Part shown: positions 9,588-18,570 of the stretch, one piece after another
How positions within the stretch are numbered: position 1 is the first letter of the stretch
How the letters are laid out: every line of letters starts with the position of its first letter
Virus record (IMG/VR): IMGVR_UViG_3300032092_000023
Coordinates: 7,509 to 71,508 of that record
Strand: one strand, 5' to 3'
DNA length: 64,000 bases
Source: a virus
Notes under the pieces: model-generated
What the model was told of the DNA's origin: nothing
Seen by the model: the letters and a program-made list of their open reading frames with translations, nothing else
Databases searched by the model: none
Position numbers and translations under genes: made by a program

Positions 9588-11426
9588 TTAATAATTTCCA
9601 CGTTTTCCTTTCTTTGATACATTCATTCCAGGATATTTTGGCTGAAAAGATTGTGCTTTATTGTCTATATCCCGAATGACTTGAAATAGGTCAGATAGCC
9701 CTTCCTCATTAGCATCGCCGGCAGACATTCTTTTCTCTACTGCGGAAACAACATATTGATTAACGCTGTCGTAAACATCTTCTACCATTTCATAAAAATC
9801 TGTAGAGTCAAAGAAAGGTACTAAGTTAACACATGTCATAGCAGTATCATCATTACCAGTTTGTGCTTCATACCGACCAACATTATTTATTCCAAACGAT
9901 GAAAGTTCTTCAAAGGTTTTATACTCATTAACAACTATCTTTCTTGTTTGTATCAAATTGCGTAGTTCACGTGCATAAGATTCTTTATTATCCTTTTGAA
10001 TCTTAACACCCAATTTAAGAGTGTCATTTGCCATTGAATGCTTAGTAAAAAGAAATATCTCTGGGTAAAATTCTCGGTTTTTTGAAAGACGTTCAAATAC
10101 TAGGTTACCTTTAAAGTTAACCTCCATGACTATTTTGATCCGTTCTGGCTGATATATGTCAAAGACAAGGATTTCTAAAGCCTTTGACATATCTTCAACT
10201 GAGAGAACATTTGATCGAAACATACCTACTTGCTTTAGTCTAAAGAAAGAAGATTCATCATTCCAATTCTTTGTCTTACGAATCATTGCCGGCGATTTAG
10301 GCTCTAGCTTCATAATATTAATCACTGAATAATCTCGACCTACGCCGTCTCCAATATCAACAACAAAAACTATGCTTTCTTTTTTTGCGGCTGATGATGT
10401 AGGGTCATAGTCAGGATGCCAGGTAATTGCTTCAGACAACTCAGAATAATCTATAAAGTCATCAATTTCCCTCCACTTATACTTCTTAGAAATTCTTTTC
10501 ATGTAATGCAAAGTAGATGAAGGTAAGAGCAGTCGAGAACTTGCTAAGAACTGGTTTCCATATTCTTGGTTAAACAGCTCTTCACTTCCTAAGTTGGCAA
10601 TTTCTTGCCGTTTCCAATTATCATCGCGCCCGGGGACTTGCCACCAATCAACTCGTATTGAATGATACGCATTCTTTCCTTCTAATGCACCTTGGTATAT
10701 CTCGTGAAAGAGATTCATGCCATTTGGTGTGGAAGAAATAATGATACGAGATATCTTGGATGAAGACAGCGTAGGATAAATTGAACGATAGAAAGACGAT
10801 AAAAAGTTATTGTGAATATGCGCAAACTCATCGGCGTATAACAAGTGGATGGTAAATCCAATTGCTGCTGTTTTAGTAGTTGCTTGTGAGAATAGACGAT
10901 TCCCATTATCAAACTTCATACCGGTAACTCCACCGGTTGCTGTTCCCGGCTTCATAAAGAAAGGAAGATTCTTTAGAATCGTTTTAATCTTATCAACAAT
11001 TTCATTAGTAGTTGCAAGTTTGTTGGCAACTACCATGACATTTCTATCATAGTGAAAACACAAGTACCATGCAATAAAGATCGACGATGTTACTGTCTTA
11101 CCAATCTGTCGAGAGGCAAGCATGACATTAAACCGGTTTTCCTGAAAGTTTTTAAGCATTTCTTTCTGATAATCACGAAGCGTGATTCGACGAATACCTT
11201 CATCGGTCATTGAAAAACAATACTTTTCACCAAAGTAGACCACGTCATTGGCACACTTTGCTAATTCCTCAATTTCTTCTTGCGAGTATTCAAAAACAAT
11301 GTCTCCCGCTCGCATGTCTGTCTTGCCATCAAAAAACGGCGAGTAGTCAGCGGGTAGTCCTGCGTCTATGCGAACGACTTCTTCCGCTATTTTTTTGCTA
11401 CTCCAGACTTTTCCTCTATTACTCAT
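9588..11426 (-). CDS. gp17: Terminase large subunit
   Basis: LRDYQ adenine motif, ASRQIGKT Walker A, LLYADEFAH Walker B, SSTPNG, FNQEY, DIGDGVGRDYS nuclease, GNDDTAM. Confidence 0.97.
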   Translation of the reverse strand: MSNRGKVWSSKKIAEEVVRIDAGLPADYSPFFDGKTDMRAGDIVFEYSQEEIEELAKCANDVVYFGEKYCFSMTDEGIRRITLRDYQKEMLKNFQENRFNVMLASRQIGKTVTSSIFIAWYLCFHYDRNVMVVANKLATTNEIVDKIKTILKNLPFFMKPGTATGGVTGMKFDNGNRLFSQATTKTAAIGFTIHLLYADEFAHIHNNFLSSFYRSIYPTLSSSKISRIIISSTPNGMNLFHEIYQGALEGKNAYHSIRVDWWQVPGRDDNWKRQEIANLGSEELFNQEYGNQFLASSRLLLPSSTLHYMKRISKKYKWREIDDFIDYSELSEAITWHPDYDPTSSAAKKESIVFVVDIGDGVGRDYSVINIMKLEPKSPAMIRKTKNWNDESSFFRLKQVGMFRSNVLSVEDMSKALEILVFDIYQPERIKIVMEVNFKGNLVFERLSKNREFYPEIFLFTKHSMANDTLKLGVKIQKDNKESYARELRNLIQTRKIVVNEYKTFEELSSFGINNVGRYEAQTGNDDTAMTCVNLVPFFDSTDFYEMVEDVYDSVNQYVVSAVEKRMSAGDANEEGLSDLFQVIRDIDNKAQSFQPKYPGMNVSKKGKRGNY

Positions 11427-12088
11427 TCTTCTGTCTCCTCATCTTTTATGCTAGCATCGCCTTTTCTTTCTGGGATTGCTTGACGAATCATATCCATCAA
11501 TCCTTTAGTACCACGAAACTGCGTGCTGTTTGGTGAATCGCCAGATTCCACACTGTATTCGCCTGGGCTTAATTGCGTAGGCTCTTCTGATTTCTTAAGT
11601 CGGTAATCTTCTTTAAGATTCTTGTAATTGTTCTCCATGATGACCATGAATTGAGCAAGATGCTTAACGATTTCCATTTTAGATCTTTGCAGAGATGATA
11701 GCACCTCAAAAGTTCTAGGATGAGTATTTCCATTGTCAATTTCTTCAAGTAGTTTAATGATAGCGTGTTCCGCCGTCTTCATTTGGAATAATAGGTTTGA
11801 CACTGTTATTTTGTCAACCGCGTTTTTTTGTCTAACATAAGGTATTTCCGATATGATTGACTTATCTAAATAAAATTCCGCGATTGAGTCGACAATACCA
11901 GTTGCGGTGCCGTCTGACTCAGTTTTTACTAATTCGTAATTTAGAAATGTTGAAGCTGATCTTTGCGGAAGAACGGATTTTGCTTGATGTACTAGAGAAG
12001 CTACTTCCGTAACGTCCTGGTTAATCATTTTTTCCAATTCTTCTTTTAATTGCAATTCTTTAACTCTTTCTTCTGTAGGTTTTCTCAT
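11423..12088 (-). CDS. gp16: Terminase small subunit (gp16-like)
   Basis: Immediately upstream of terL; HPRTFEVL..L and QFRGTKGLMDMI resemble HPRAYEV..L / FVGSTSELQKML of T4-like gp16. Confidence 0.7.
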   Translation of the reverse strand: MRKPTEERVKELQLKEELEKMINQDVTEVASLVHQAKSVLPQRSASTFLNYELVKTESDGTATGIVDSIAEFYLDKSIISEIPYVRQKNAVDKITVSNLLFQMKTAEHAIIKLLEEIDNGNTHPRTFEVLSSLQRSKMEIVKHLAQFMVIMENNYKNLKEDYRLKKSEEPTQLSPGEYSVESGDSPNSTQFRGTKGLMDMIRQAIPERKGDASIKDEETEE

Positions 12089-12090
12089 AC

Positions 12091-14100
12091 TTATTTGGTT
12101 TTTCCGAAAAACGGCAGATTAAGACGAGATACTGCGTTATCAATTATGATGGCGTATTGCGCATCCTGAACAATAGTTTGATTCAGAATAGTCATTTGTT
12201 TGACTAGGTCGCTCTCTGTCTTATTGAATAATCTAATGTTTGTGTACATGAGATTGCTTGCTGGTAGGCGGTATAAATAATCACCATCACCTGCTGTTCT
12301 GTTTACCGGCTGTGCTATGTATGTCTTTGAGTATATATTCTCTAGATCAGTCGTCCGTTGCGGAGTAGAATCACCTTCTGACCATTTTCTAACCCAGACG
12401 TCAAGAGACACTTGCTGATAAAAATTATTTATGTTTAAGAAGAAAGCATACCAAGATCCTTCAATTAAGTTATTTGGCAAGATGAATGTAAGTTTTTCAC
12501 TTGTCGACTTAAATACAAAATACCGGCTTGCATATATTGATAACTTCCAACCACTCTGTAATATACTATCATAGCCATCAAGTAAAACGGTTTCGTATGC
12601 AGGCTCTAGATGATAACCCGATGTCACGCTAGCGCTAGCCCATCCTGAATAGTATGCGTCCAAGAATGCTATTATTTCAGTGTCAACCTCCATTGTGATT
12701 AAGAAACCTCCGGCAATTGGAGTAGTACTTAAGAAAGTTCCATATAAAGAAAGACCGTTAAACCGTGTTACTTTTAATAGATCACCTAGCTGATAGCTAC
12801 GTTTCATTGTAATAATAAAACTTATTGCAGTCGTAGTGGTGCTAACAGCACCTTTTTGTATTTGCCCACGGATGACATCCTTAGGCAATGTCAATTTTGG
12901 TTTAATTTCTTTAATCCATCCAAGAAGTGAACGTTCTTCCGTGCTATCGGCAGGAAACACGGATAATGCGCGATATGTAATAGCAGTAGGATTATTGGCG
13001 GTTGCAAATATTGATCGTAAATCGTACTGAGTTTCGGCAAGAGTTAGATTATAATTTCGTAGGTCTTCTTGGACTATAATTAGGTCATCATTTACTGAAA
13101 GACGGATAGGATCGTAATCGCGCGATCCTAGCTTAGGATCATACTGCTGTGGTTTAGTAATCTTGATTTCATCTTGACGAACTTCTTCGCCAAACCTTTC
13201 TTCGGAATTCCAAGAGATAGAGTCAAGCTCTTCACGTAAATCTTGAGGCTCATAACGATTAGACTTAGGAGCATACTTCTTAAGAGAAACTTTCCAATAA
13301 ACCTCACGTTGCATGATATCTTTCCAGAGGTAAGAACTTTCTACTTCATAGATACGATTCGCTAATGGGAAATAGATAATGTCTCTTTTTTGCGGAGCTG
13401 TACCTATTCCAAATACTTCTTCAAAGTAATTCTTAACAATGTGTACCTCAAAAGGCATCTCAAAGTCAAGACCCATTGGCGTGAATTCTATCTTGCTATC
13501 AGGAAATTCATTATTGGGAACTAACAGTTTGACTATGCAAGGATCGTCTACATCATATAGCGTCCATTCATGAAGCGTGAAGTCTTTTCCTATTGCCATA
13601 GGAACTGCCCGCGCATATTGCACGTCGTGACCAAACAGCTTATTAATAGCGTATGACAATTCTTTATACAGAACAACCGCCGGATTAACTTCGTACGGTC
13701 GAAATGTAAAGTTTTCGATTTTTGTAAGATTGCTGATATTTCCTTTTTCGGAAACAAGGAGAGGCGGACGGTAGCCTAAAAATTTATCAGCAGCGTCAGC
13801 TGATTGCTCATACTCCAGATAGACATCATTAATTATGATAGGTCCTCCGCCAGTTAGCGTATACCGAAAGTCTACGTAGAGATCGTTTTCTGGATTAAGA
13901 ATAATTTGGTTTAAGTTTTCTACGGTTAAGTCAATCCAAGAAGCCCGCACTAGGTTAGTCACGCCCCATCTAAATTCCCTTTTCACAGTTCCTACACCGG
14001 AAAGATCTTCAACCCAGTTAAGAAGTTTAGTTACGTAATGGTAAGGCTCTTGCTGTGTGAACTTGGCAAAGTCGCCAACATTCGTTAGTGTTGCTAACAT
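12091..14100 (-). CDS. Neck/head-closure protein (gp14-like) with N- and C-terminal extensions
   Basis: FGHDVQY, F..MGLD..PFEVHI...F, PQKRDIIYFPLANRIYEV match the gp14 core; 669 aa with a beta-rich C-terminus. Confidence 0.7.
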   Translation of the reverse strand: MLATLTNVGDFAKFTQQEPYHYVTKLLNWVEDLSGVGTVKREFRWGVTNLVRASWIDLTVENLNQIILNPENDLYVDFRYTLTGGGPIIINDVYLEYEQSADAADKFLGYRPPLLVSEKGNISNLTKIENFTFRPYEVNPAVVLYKELSYAINKLFGHDVQYARAVPMAIGKDFTLHEWTLYDVDDPCIVKLLVPNNEFPDSKIEFTPMGLDFEMPFEVHIVKNYFEEVFGIGTAPQKRDIIYFPLANRIYEVESSYLWKDIMQREVYWKVSLKKYAPKSNRYEPQDLREELDSISWNSEERFGEEVRQDEIKITKPQQYDPKLGSRDYDPIRLSVNDDLIIVQEDLRNYNLTLAETQYDLRSIFATANNPTAITYRALSVFPADSTEERSLLGWIKEIKPKLTLPKDVIRGQIQKGAVSTTTTAISFIITMKRSYQLGDLLKVTRFNGLSLYGTFLSTTPIAGGFLITMEVDTEIIAFLDAYYSGWASASVTSGYHLEPAYETVLLDGYDSILQSGWKLSIYASRYFVFKSTSEKLTFILPNNLIEGSWYAFFLNINNFYQQVSLDVWVRKWSEGDSTPQRTTDLENIYSKTYIAQPVNRTAGDGDYLYRLPASNLMYTNIRLFNKTESDLVKQMTILNQTIVQDAQYAIIIDNAVSRLNLPFFGKTK

Positions 14101-14136
14101 TAAAAAGGATACTTTTTCTATATATCCTTTTTAATG
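14098..14136 (-). promoter_or_regulatory. Perfect 14-bp hairpin covering the neck-gene ATG, with a late promoter motif inside it
   Basis: CATTAAAAAGGATA (14098-14111) / TATCCTTTTTAATG (14123-14136); minus-strand GATATATA at 14119-14126. Confidence 0.8.
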
Positions 14137-14144
14137 CTACAGTA

Positions 14145-14561
14145 TTACTTAAGTAGTTCGGAAAACTTTTTTATATCGTTAATCATGCGGTCCCCTAGTA
14201 TTTCTATTCCGTCTTCAAGATTTCTGCGGGAAATTTTATGAACCTCGCAGTAAGTTTTTAAAACCTCTTCTGTTACCGATAGCGCAGCAGCTTTCTTTTC
14301 TTTCTCTTTTTTTGTTTTGACATACATCCAAGACGGCGTTCGGTTGTACCTCTTACTTAGGAGTTCCTGCCAAAAAGTAACAGCCTGTGCTGGGTTAATC
14401 TTAATATGATTGAAAGCTGCTGCTTGGACAGGAAAGTTAATACTTGACAAACGATTGACCATAAAGAAGTGTCTTGCTCGTTCATGCATTTTAGTTTTCT
14501 TAAACTCTTCGGGTTTAGAAAACATTCCGTTGATGAATTCGAATAGGTCAGGTGCTGCCAT
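14145..14561 (-). CDS. Clamp loader small subunit (gp62-like)
   Basis: DLFEFIN...FFMVNRLSS.......FN pattern and size resemble gp62. Confidence 0.55.
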   Translation of the reverse strand: MAAPDLFEFINGMFSKPEEFKKTKMHERARHFFMVNRLSSINFPVQAAAFNHIKINPAQAVTFWQELLSKRYNRTPSWMYVKTKKEKEKKAAALSVTEEVLKTYCEVHKISRRNLEDGIEILGDRMINDIKKFSELLK

Positions 14562-14570
14562 ATATTGTTT

Positions 14571-14801
14571 TTATTCAGCTTTAGATTTTAGTTCTTTGCT
14601 TATTTCGTCAAGTCTGTTATTAATTCCTTTGTACTCTTTTTCAATCCACATGCTAAAGGTGAAGAAAGTAACCCACATCTGCCAATTAAGGCATTCTTCA
14701 AAAGGTATTGATTGAAAAGTTGATCGCGCAAGAGAAGAAACAATTATTATGCAGATTGCTATGAGAATAACTATTTTAAGTATGATTCCAATAAGTTTCA
14801 T
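14571..14801 (-). CDS. Small membrane protein
   Basis: 76 aa, hydrophobic N-terminal helix, tightly spaced in the operon. Confidence 0.55.
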   Translation of the reverse strand: MKLIGIILKIVILIAICIIIVSSLARSTFQSIPFEECLNWQMWVTFFTFSMWIEKEYKGINNRLDEISKELKSKAE

Positions 14802-14803
14802 GG

Positions 14804-15910
14804 TTACATTTTAAATTGTGAAAAGATATCTGCTTCAAAGGTTCGTCCACCGCTAATGAAACGAGTACCTTCAAGAATAACGCTCATATCGTATTTCTGT
14901 GCACTTAATTCTTTTGTATCTTCTTCCTTAGAATAAGCAACAGTAAATGCTTCTTGAATGTCAGTAGGAATAATTCGTTTATCCAAGTAAACCAATTTAA
15001 GATTTCTTTCCAATCGCGAGCGGATTGCTTCAGCGGGAGCAACTTGTTTACACGCAGCTGATATACCATTGGCAACCTCGATGCAGCGTGATGGCAAGTC
15101 CATAACATCATTAATAGGATTTGACATTTGCATGATTTCATAAATCCTTGCAGCTTTGGATCCTGTCACGCGGTATGTCTTACCTTTATTTTCCCATGTC
15201 CAGATTGATGGTACTGCGTCTCCTGCGTCTCCAGTAATTACTTTCTCAAAGATCATATACGCTGCGTCAATTTCTTCTACAGTAACTGCGGAAAGAGCTT
15301 CTGCAATAAGATCCTTATTACGATTCATAAAGGTTGATGCGTCAAAGAGATCGTATTCTTCTGCTTTTAACCATTGTGAAAACCCTTGCGGAGCAACAAT
15401 CTTGCGATTCTTAGAATTAGGATTATAGACAACGATAAAGTTTTTTCCGTTAAACTTAACGCACTGTGTTAAATCTTTATCACCGGTAACAATCACGCTA
15501 TCTTGGCCGTCTTGAAAGAAGCGATCAGCCCATAGGTACATAAGATCATCGCCTTCGGCGCGTTCCTCTTTGGAAATGATAAAACCTTTCTTGGCAAGGA
15601 TTGTTCCAAATTCATTCATGCATTTATAGAAAACGTCCCAATCAATAGCGGACTCATCTTTCTCACGATTTGACTTATAGCCGCCTTCTTCAATCTCAAT
15701 GTCTTTACGCCAAGAACGCGAGTCAATGGTAAAGATTACACGTGATGGATTGCCAAACGTTCGAATGGCGTGTGAAAGGTCAGTGGCTACTTTACGCATG
15801 AACATCTCTTGATCTGTGTTTGAGCTAAGTAGCTTACCACCTTTGGAATAGCCACCAAAGATAAAGAGTGTTTTGTAAAATAGGTAATTTCCGTCTACGA
15901 TGATATTCAT
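14804..15910 (-). CDS. rnh: RNase H / 5'-3' flap exonuclease (FEN/PIN family)
   Basis: IVDGN, SWRK...YKSNR, AEGDDL, VTGDKDLTQ, GDAGDAVP. Confidence 0.92.
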   Translation of the reverse strand: MNIIVDGNYLFYKTLFIFGGYSKGGKLLSSNTDQEMFMRKVATDLSHAIRTFGNPSRVIFTIDSRSWRKDIEIEEGGYKSNREKDESAIDWDVFYKCMNEFGTILAKKGFIISKEERAEGDDLMYLWADRFFQDGQDSVIVTGDKDLTQCVKFNGKNFIVVYNPNSKNRKIVAPQGFSQWLKAEEYDLFDASTFMNRNKDLIAEALSAVTVEEIDAAYMIFEKVITGDAGDAVPSIWTWENKGKTYRVTGSKAARIYEIMQMSNPINDVMDLPSRCIEVANGISAACKQVAPAEAIRSRLERNLKLVYLDKRIIPTDIQEAFTVAYSKEEDTKELSAQKYDMSVILEGTRFISGGRTFEADIFSQFKM

Positions 15911-15926
15911 GTTTTTAAGATTTAAG

Positions 15927-15958
15927 TAAATTTAACCAAAAGATTTGACATATGCAAA
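15927..15958 (-). promoter_or_regulatory. Bacteroidota sigmaA-type (early) promoter
   Basis: TTTG-N20-TAAATTTA upstream of rnh; Bacteroidota consensus is -33 TTTG / -7 TAnnTTTG. Confidence 0.7.
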
Positions 15959-15964
15959 TTTATT

Positions 15965-16213
15965 TTACACATAATGCCATTTTTGTAAGATGGCACGAAC
16001 ATTATTTTCAAAAGCTTTTTTCAGTGCAGGAAGATCATTAATTGCTGGCAGGTTTCCTTGAAAAACGATTCCTCTTTGAAGGTTTCCTTCTGTGTCTACC
16101 AGATAAATGTATGTTCTTACTCCTATCTTAACAATATCAAACTTTTTTTCGTTTAGTCTTGGATAGTTGTTTTTGATGTATTCTTTAACATCACTTACTC
16201 GACGTATCTCCAT
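15965..16213 (-). CDS. Hypothetical protein
   Basis: 82-aa ORF in operon context. Confidence 0.6.
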   Translation of the reverse strand: MEIRRVSDVKEYIKNNYPRLNEKKFDIVKIGVRTYIYLVDTEGNLQRGIVFQGNLPAINDLPALKKAFENNVRAILQKWHYV

Positions 16214-16445
16214 CTTCTATTTCTATTTTTGCGTATGGTTTTTTTCCACGCAGTTTTTGATTGAAAAATGCACCTTGCGATTCAGCTGCGCAGAATTCAT
16301 TATATTCTTCTTGAGTTACTTCTCCGTACAAATACATGTTGCTGTTTGTCAACTCAACATACAGCTCTAGATCATCAGGATTGTACTCAGTTTTTTTAAT
16401 AACGGATGAATTCCAAATTCTTCCTTCAGTAGTGATAATTTTCAT
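16191..16445 (-). CDS. KTSC domain protein
   Basis: SS.I...EYNP....LYVE......Y.Y..V....YNEF.AAES.G.FFN..LRG. Confidence 0.88.
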   Translation of the reverse strand: MKIITTEGRIWNSSVIKKTEYNPDDLELYVELTNSNMYLYGEVTQEEYNEFCAAESQGAFFNQKLRGKKPYAKIEIEDGDTSSK

Positions 16446-16454
16446 ATATGTATT

Positions 16455-17405
16455 TTAAGAATTAAAAATCATTTGACATTCATAAACCGCAGCAAGCATT
16501 GATATTGTAGGATCAATAACTGTCACACGTTGTGATTGGTAATGAGCTGTCTTGATAACAATTTGCGGAATTTTGGATACTTTTGTTGGATGGTTTTCTC
16601 GGATGTACTCCGGCAATTCACCTCCTAATGAAGCTAGCACTTCATCGACTTTTGAACCGTAATTTGTCATGAGAAACTTATAGTTCTCATGAGCATCACC
16701 GGTCTTAGTACAGAGCTCAAAGATATCGCGGAAAGAATAGTTTAATTGCTTAATGTCTTCAACTCGGATTTCTTTAACACCCTGAATAATAAAGTTTTGT
16801 GTCTTATTGAGAATTGAGCGCATGTCAGGAAAGTTTCTCTTAACGAATTCAATGACTGCGTCTCTCTCAATTGCGATTCCCGCATTCTTAAGAATTGACC
16901 AAGTTCGCTTAATGAACTCAACCATAACTTCTTTTTCCTCTTCTTTAGTAACAAAGTCAAAAGATAAGCAAGTAAATCTTGACTGTACTGGCTCCGGTAC
17001 TTTATTGATATAGTTGCATGTGCCAATGAATCTTGCAGTGGAAGCAAACTTTTCAATGGTAGCGCGAAGTGCTTTATAGAATTGGTCGCTGGCGCCGTCC
17101 ATCTCATCAAGAATAACCACTTTATATTTTTCTGCTCCGTCTAGGAGAGATATTGTTGAACACCAGTTAGTTATCTTATCACGAATCACATCAACCGAAC
17201 TTTCATCAGAAACATTGATATAGAGATAAGGATAGTTGCTTGCGAGGACTTTAGCAAGAGATGTCTTACCTAGGCCAGGGGATCCATAAAAAAGATAATT
17301 TTGATGCAGCTCGCCTCCTCCAACGCTCTTGCGAATCCTGTCGGGTAGGATCATTTGCTCCAGAGTTTTTGGACGGTACTTTTCGGTAAATAATTCTTGA
17401 ATCAT
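16455..17405 (-). CDS. gp44: Clamp loader AAA+ subunit (gp44/RFC)
   Basis: EKYRPKTL, GSPGLGKT, VILDEMD, QSRF, FPDMR. Confidence 0.95.
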   Translation of the reverse strand: MIQELFTEKYRPKTLEQMILPDRIRKSVGGGELHQNYLFYGSPGLGKTSLAKVLASNYPYLYINVSDESSVDVIRDKITNWCSTISLLDGAEKYKVVILDEMDGASDQFYKALRATIEKFASTARFIGTCNYINKVPEPVQSRFTCLSFDFVTKEEEKEVMVEFIKRTWSILKNAGIAIERDAVIEFVKRNFPDMRSILNKTQNFIIQGVKEIRVEDIKQLNYSFRDIFELCTKTGDAHENYKFLMTNYGSKVDEVLASLGGELPEYIRENHPTKVSKIPQIVIKTAHYQSQRVTVIDPTISMLAAVYECQMIFNS

Positions 17406-17406
17406 T

Positions 17407-17634
17407 TTATGATCTTAGGGATTGGTTAGAAAGTTTTGCTTCAATATCAGTAACCGCTGTGTGCTTATCTTTAGCATCAACGTACTGTTGAACAAGTTTG
17501 TCCATCTCCTCGGTAATCTGCGGATGTTCTCCAATTCCTACTGCGTTGTTTGCATAAATTGAAAGACGCGCGATTGCGTCAAGTTCGTCTGCTTTATATC
17601 GTGCTTTCAGAGCATCAAAAAGTAATCTATTCAT
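17407..17634 (-). CDS. Conserved phage hypothetical protein
   Basis: NAVGIGEHP motif, which I recall from aquatic T4-like phage small proteins. Confidence 0.7.
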   Translation of the reverse strand: MNRLLFDALKARYKADELDAIARLSIYANNAVGIGEHPQITEEMDKLVQQYVDAKDKHTAVTDIEAKLSNQSLRS

Positions 17635-17686
17635 AGAGGGATTTTTCTTTATTGGTTATATTCAAAAAGTATACTATAGTTTTCTA

Positions 17687-18253
17687 TTAATGAAAATTTT
17701 CTCCGCCAAACCAAGCAACTAGGATTTTCTTAGTACCGCTGCTGACTTTTTCCACCGCGTTAACAACATATCCAGGGAAAGCTGTTATTGTTCCCAATGA
17801 TCTTGATGTAGTCAGTAGTTCTCCGATATTAATGACCAGCTGTCCTCCGCGGTATTCATCGCTAGAAGATAGGTTGAGAATCATTACCAGCTTTCTACCA
17901 GAAAAGGGTATTCCTGTTGCAATATCACAATGCCAGTCCAAGTAATCTTCGGTAGAGAACTCATAGTACCACATATGTTCCACCATGTCAAGCGGATCAA
18001 ACTTATACATTTCCTCATTAATCTTTAGAGCAAGATCATACATTTTTCCATAGATCCACGCTGTTGTATCGTCATAATGTACAAAAGAACCCTGAAACTT
18101 TCCATGTTTCTCAGGCTCAAATGTTTGAAGTGATAAGTTAGATGTAATCTCTAAAATCTTGCGGCTGTCTTCGGTATCAAAGCCTTCTTCAATACAAGAA
18201 GGAGTTATGGGAGCTACAAGGTCAACGGTTTTGTGGTTTCCTATGTCTATCAT
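17687..18253 (-). CDS. 2OG-Fe(II) oxygenase (PKHD-like), distal His apparently substituted
   Basis: DWHCD, RKL....LS..DEYRGGQL, G.I.AFP.Y; NAV where HxV is expected. Confidence 0.8.
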   Translation of the reverse strand: MIDIGNHKTVDLVAPITPSCIEEGFDTEDSRKILEITSNLSLQTFEPEKHGKFQGSFVHYDDTTAWIYGKMYDLALKINEEMYKFDPLDMVEHMWYYEFSTEDYLDWHCDIATGIPFSGRKLVMILNLSSSDEYRGGQLVINIGELLTTSRSLGTITAFPGYVVNAVEKVSSGTKKILVAWFGGENFH

Positions 18254-18256
18254 AGA

Positions 18257-18445
18257 TTAGAATTTATTAACAGCTTTCCAAATTTCGTCAAGCTTTTTTT
18301 CAGAGATCTTTTCCGAAGAGCTTTTAGTCATTAAGATTTGTTTGATAAATTGCAAACGGATTGCTGCAGTTTTAGGGTTTAACGTGGTTTCAATAATTGC
18401 ATCCGATAACTGGGATTGAATAACAAGGCTGACAGATATTTTCAT
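18257..18445 (-). CDS. Hypothetical early protein
   Basis: 62 aa; preceded by a sigmaA-type promoter. Confidence 0.6.
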   Translation of the reverse strand: MKISVSLVIQSQLSDAIIETTLNPKTAAIRLQFIKQILMTKSSSEKISEKKLDEIWKAVNKF

Positions 18446-18464
18446 AGTTAATTAAATTGATAGT

Positions 18465-18520
18465 TAAAAATAACCAATCTATTTGAACCATGCAAACTTT
18501 TATTCATAAAGTTATTAACA
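18465..18520 (-). promoter_or_regulatory. Bacteroidota sigmaA-type promoter with upstream TGTTAATAACTTT element
   Basis: TTTG(18496-18493)-N20-TATTTTTA(18472-18465); 13-mer at 18508-18520. Confidence 0.7.
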
Positions 18521-18551
18521 AAAAATCCCAGAAGGTTTATACCCTCTGGGA
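18520..18551 (-). terminator. Rho-independent terminator after the portal gene
   Basis: Minus strand tcccagaggg-tataaa-ccttctggga-tttttt. Confidence 0.85.
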
Positions 18552-18570
18552 CTGTTAATCTTTTTGTTTA

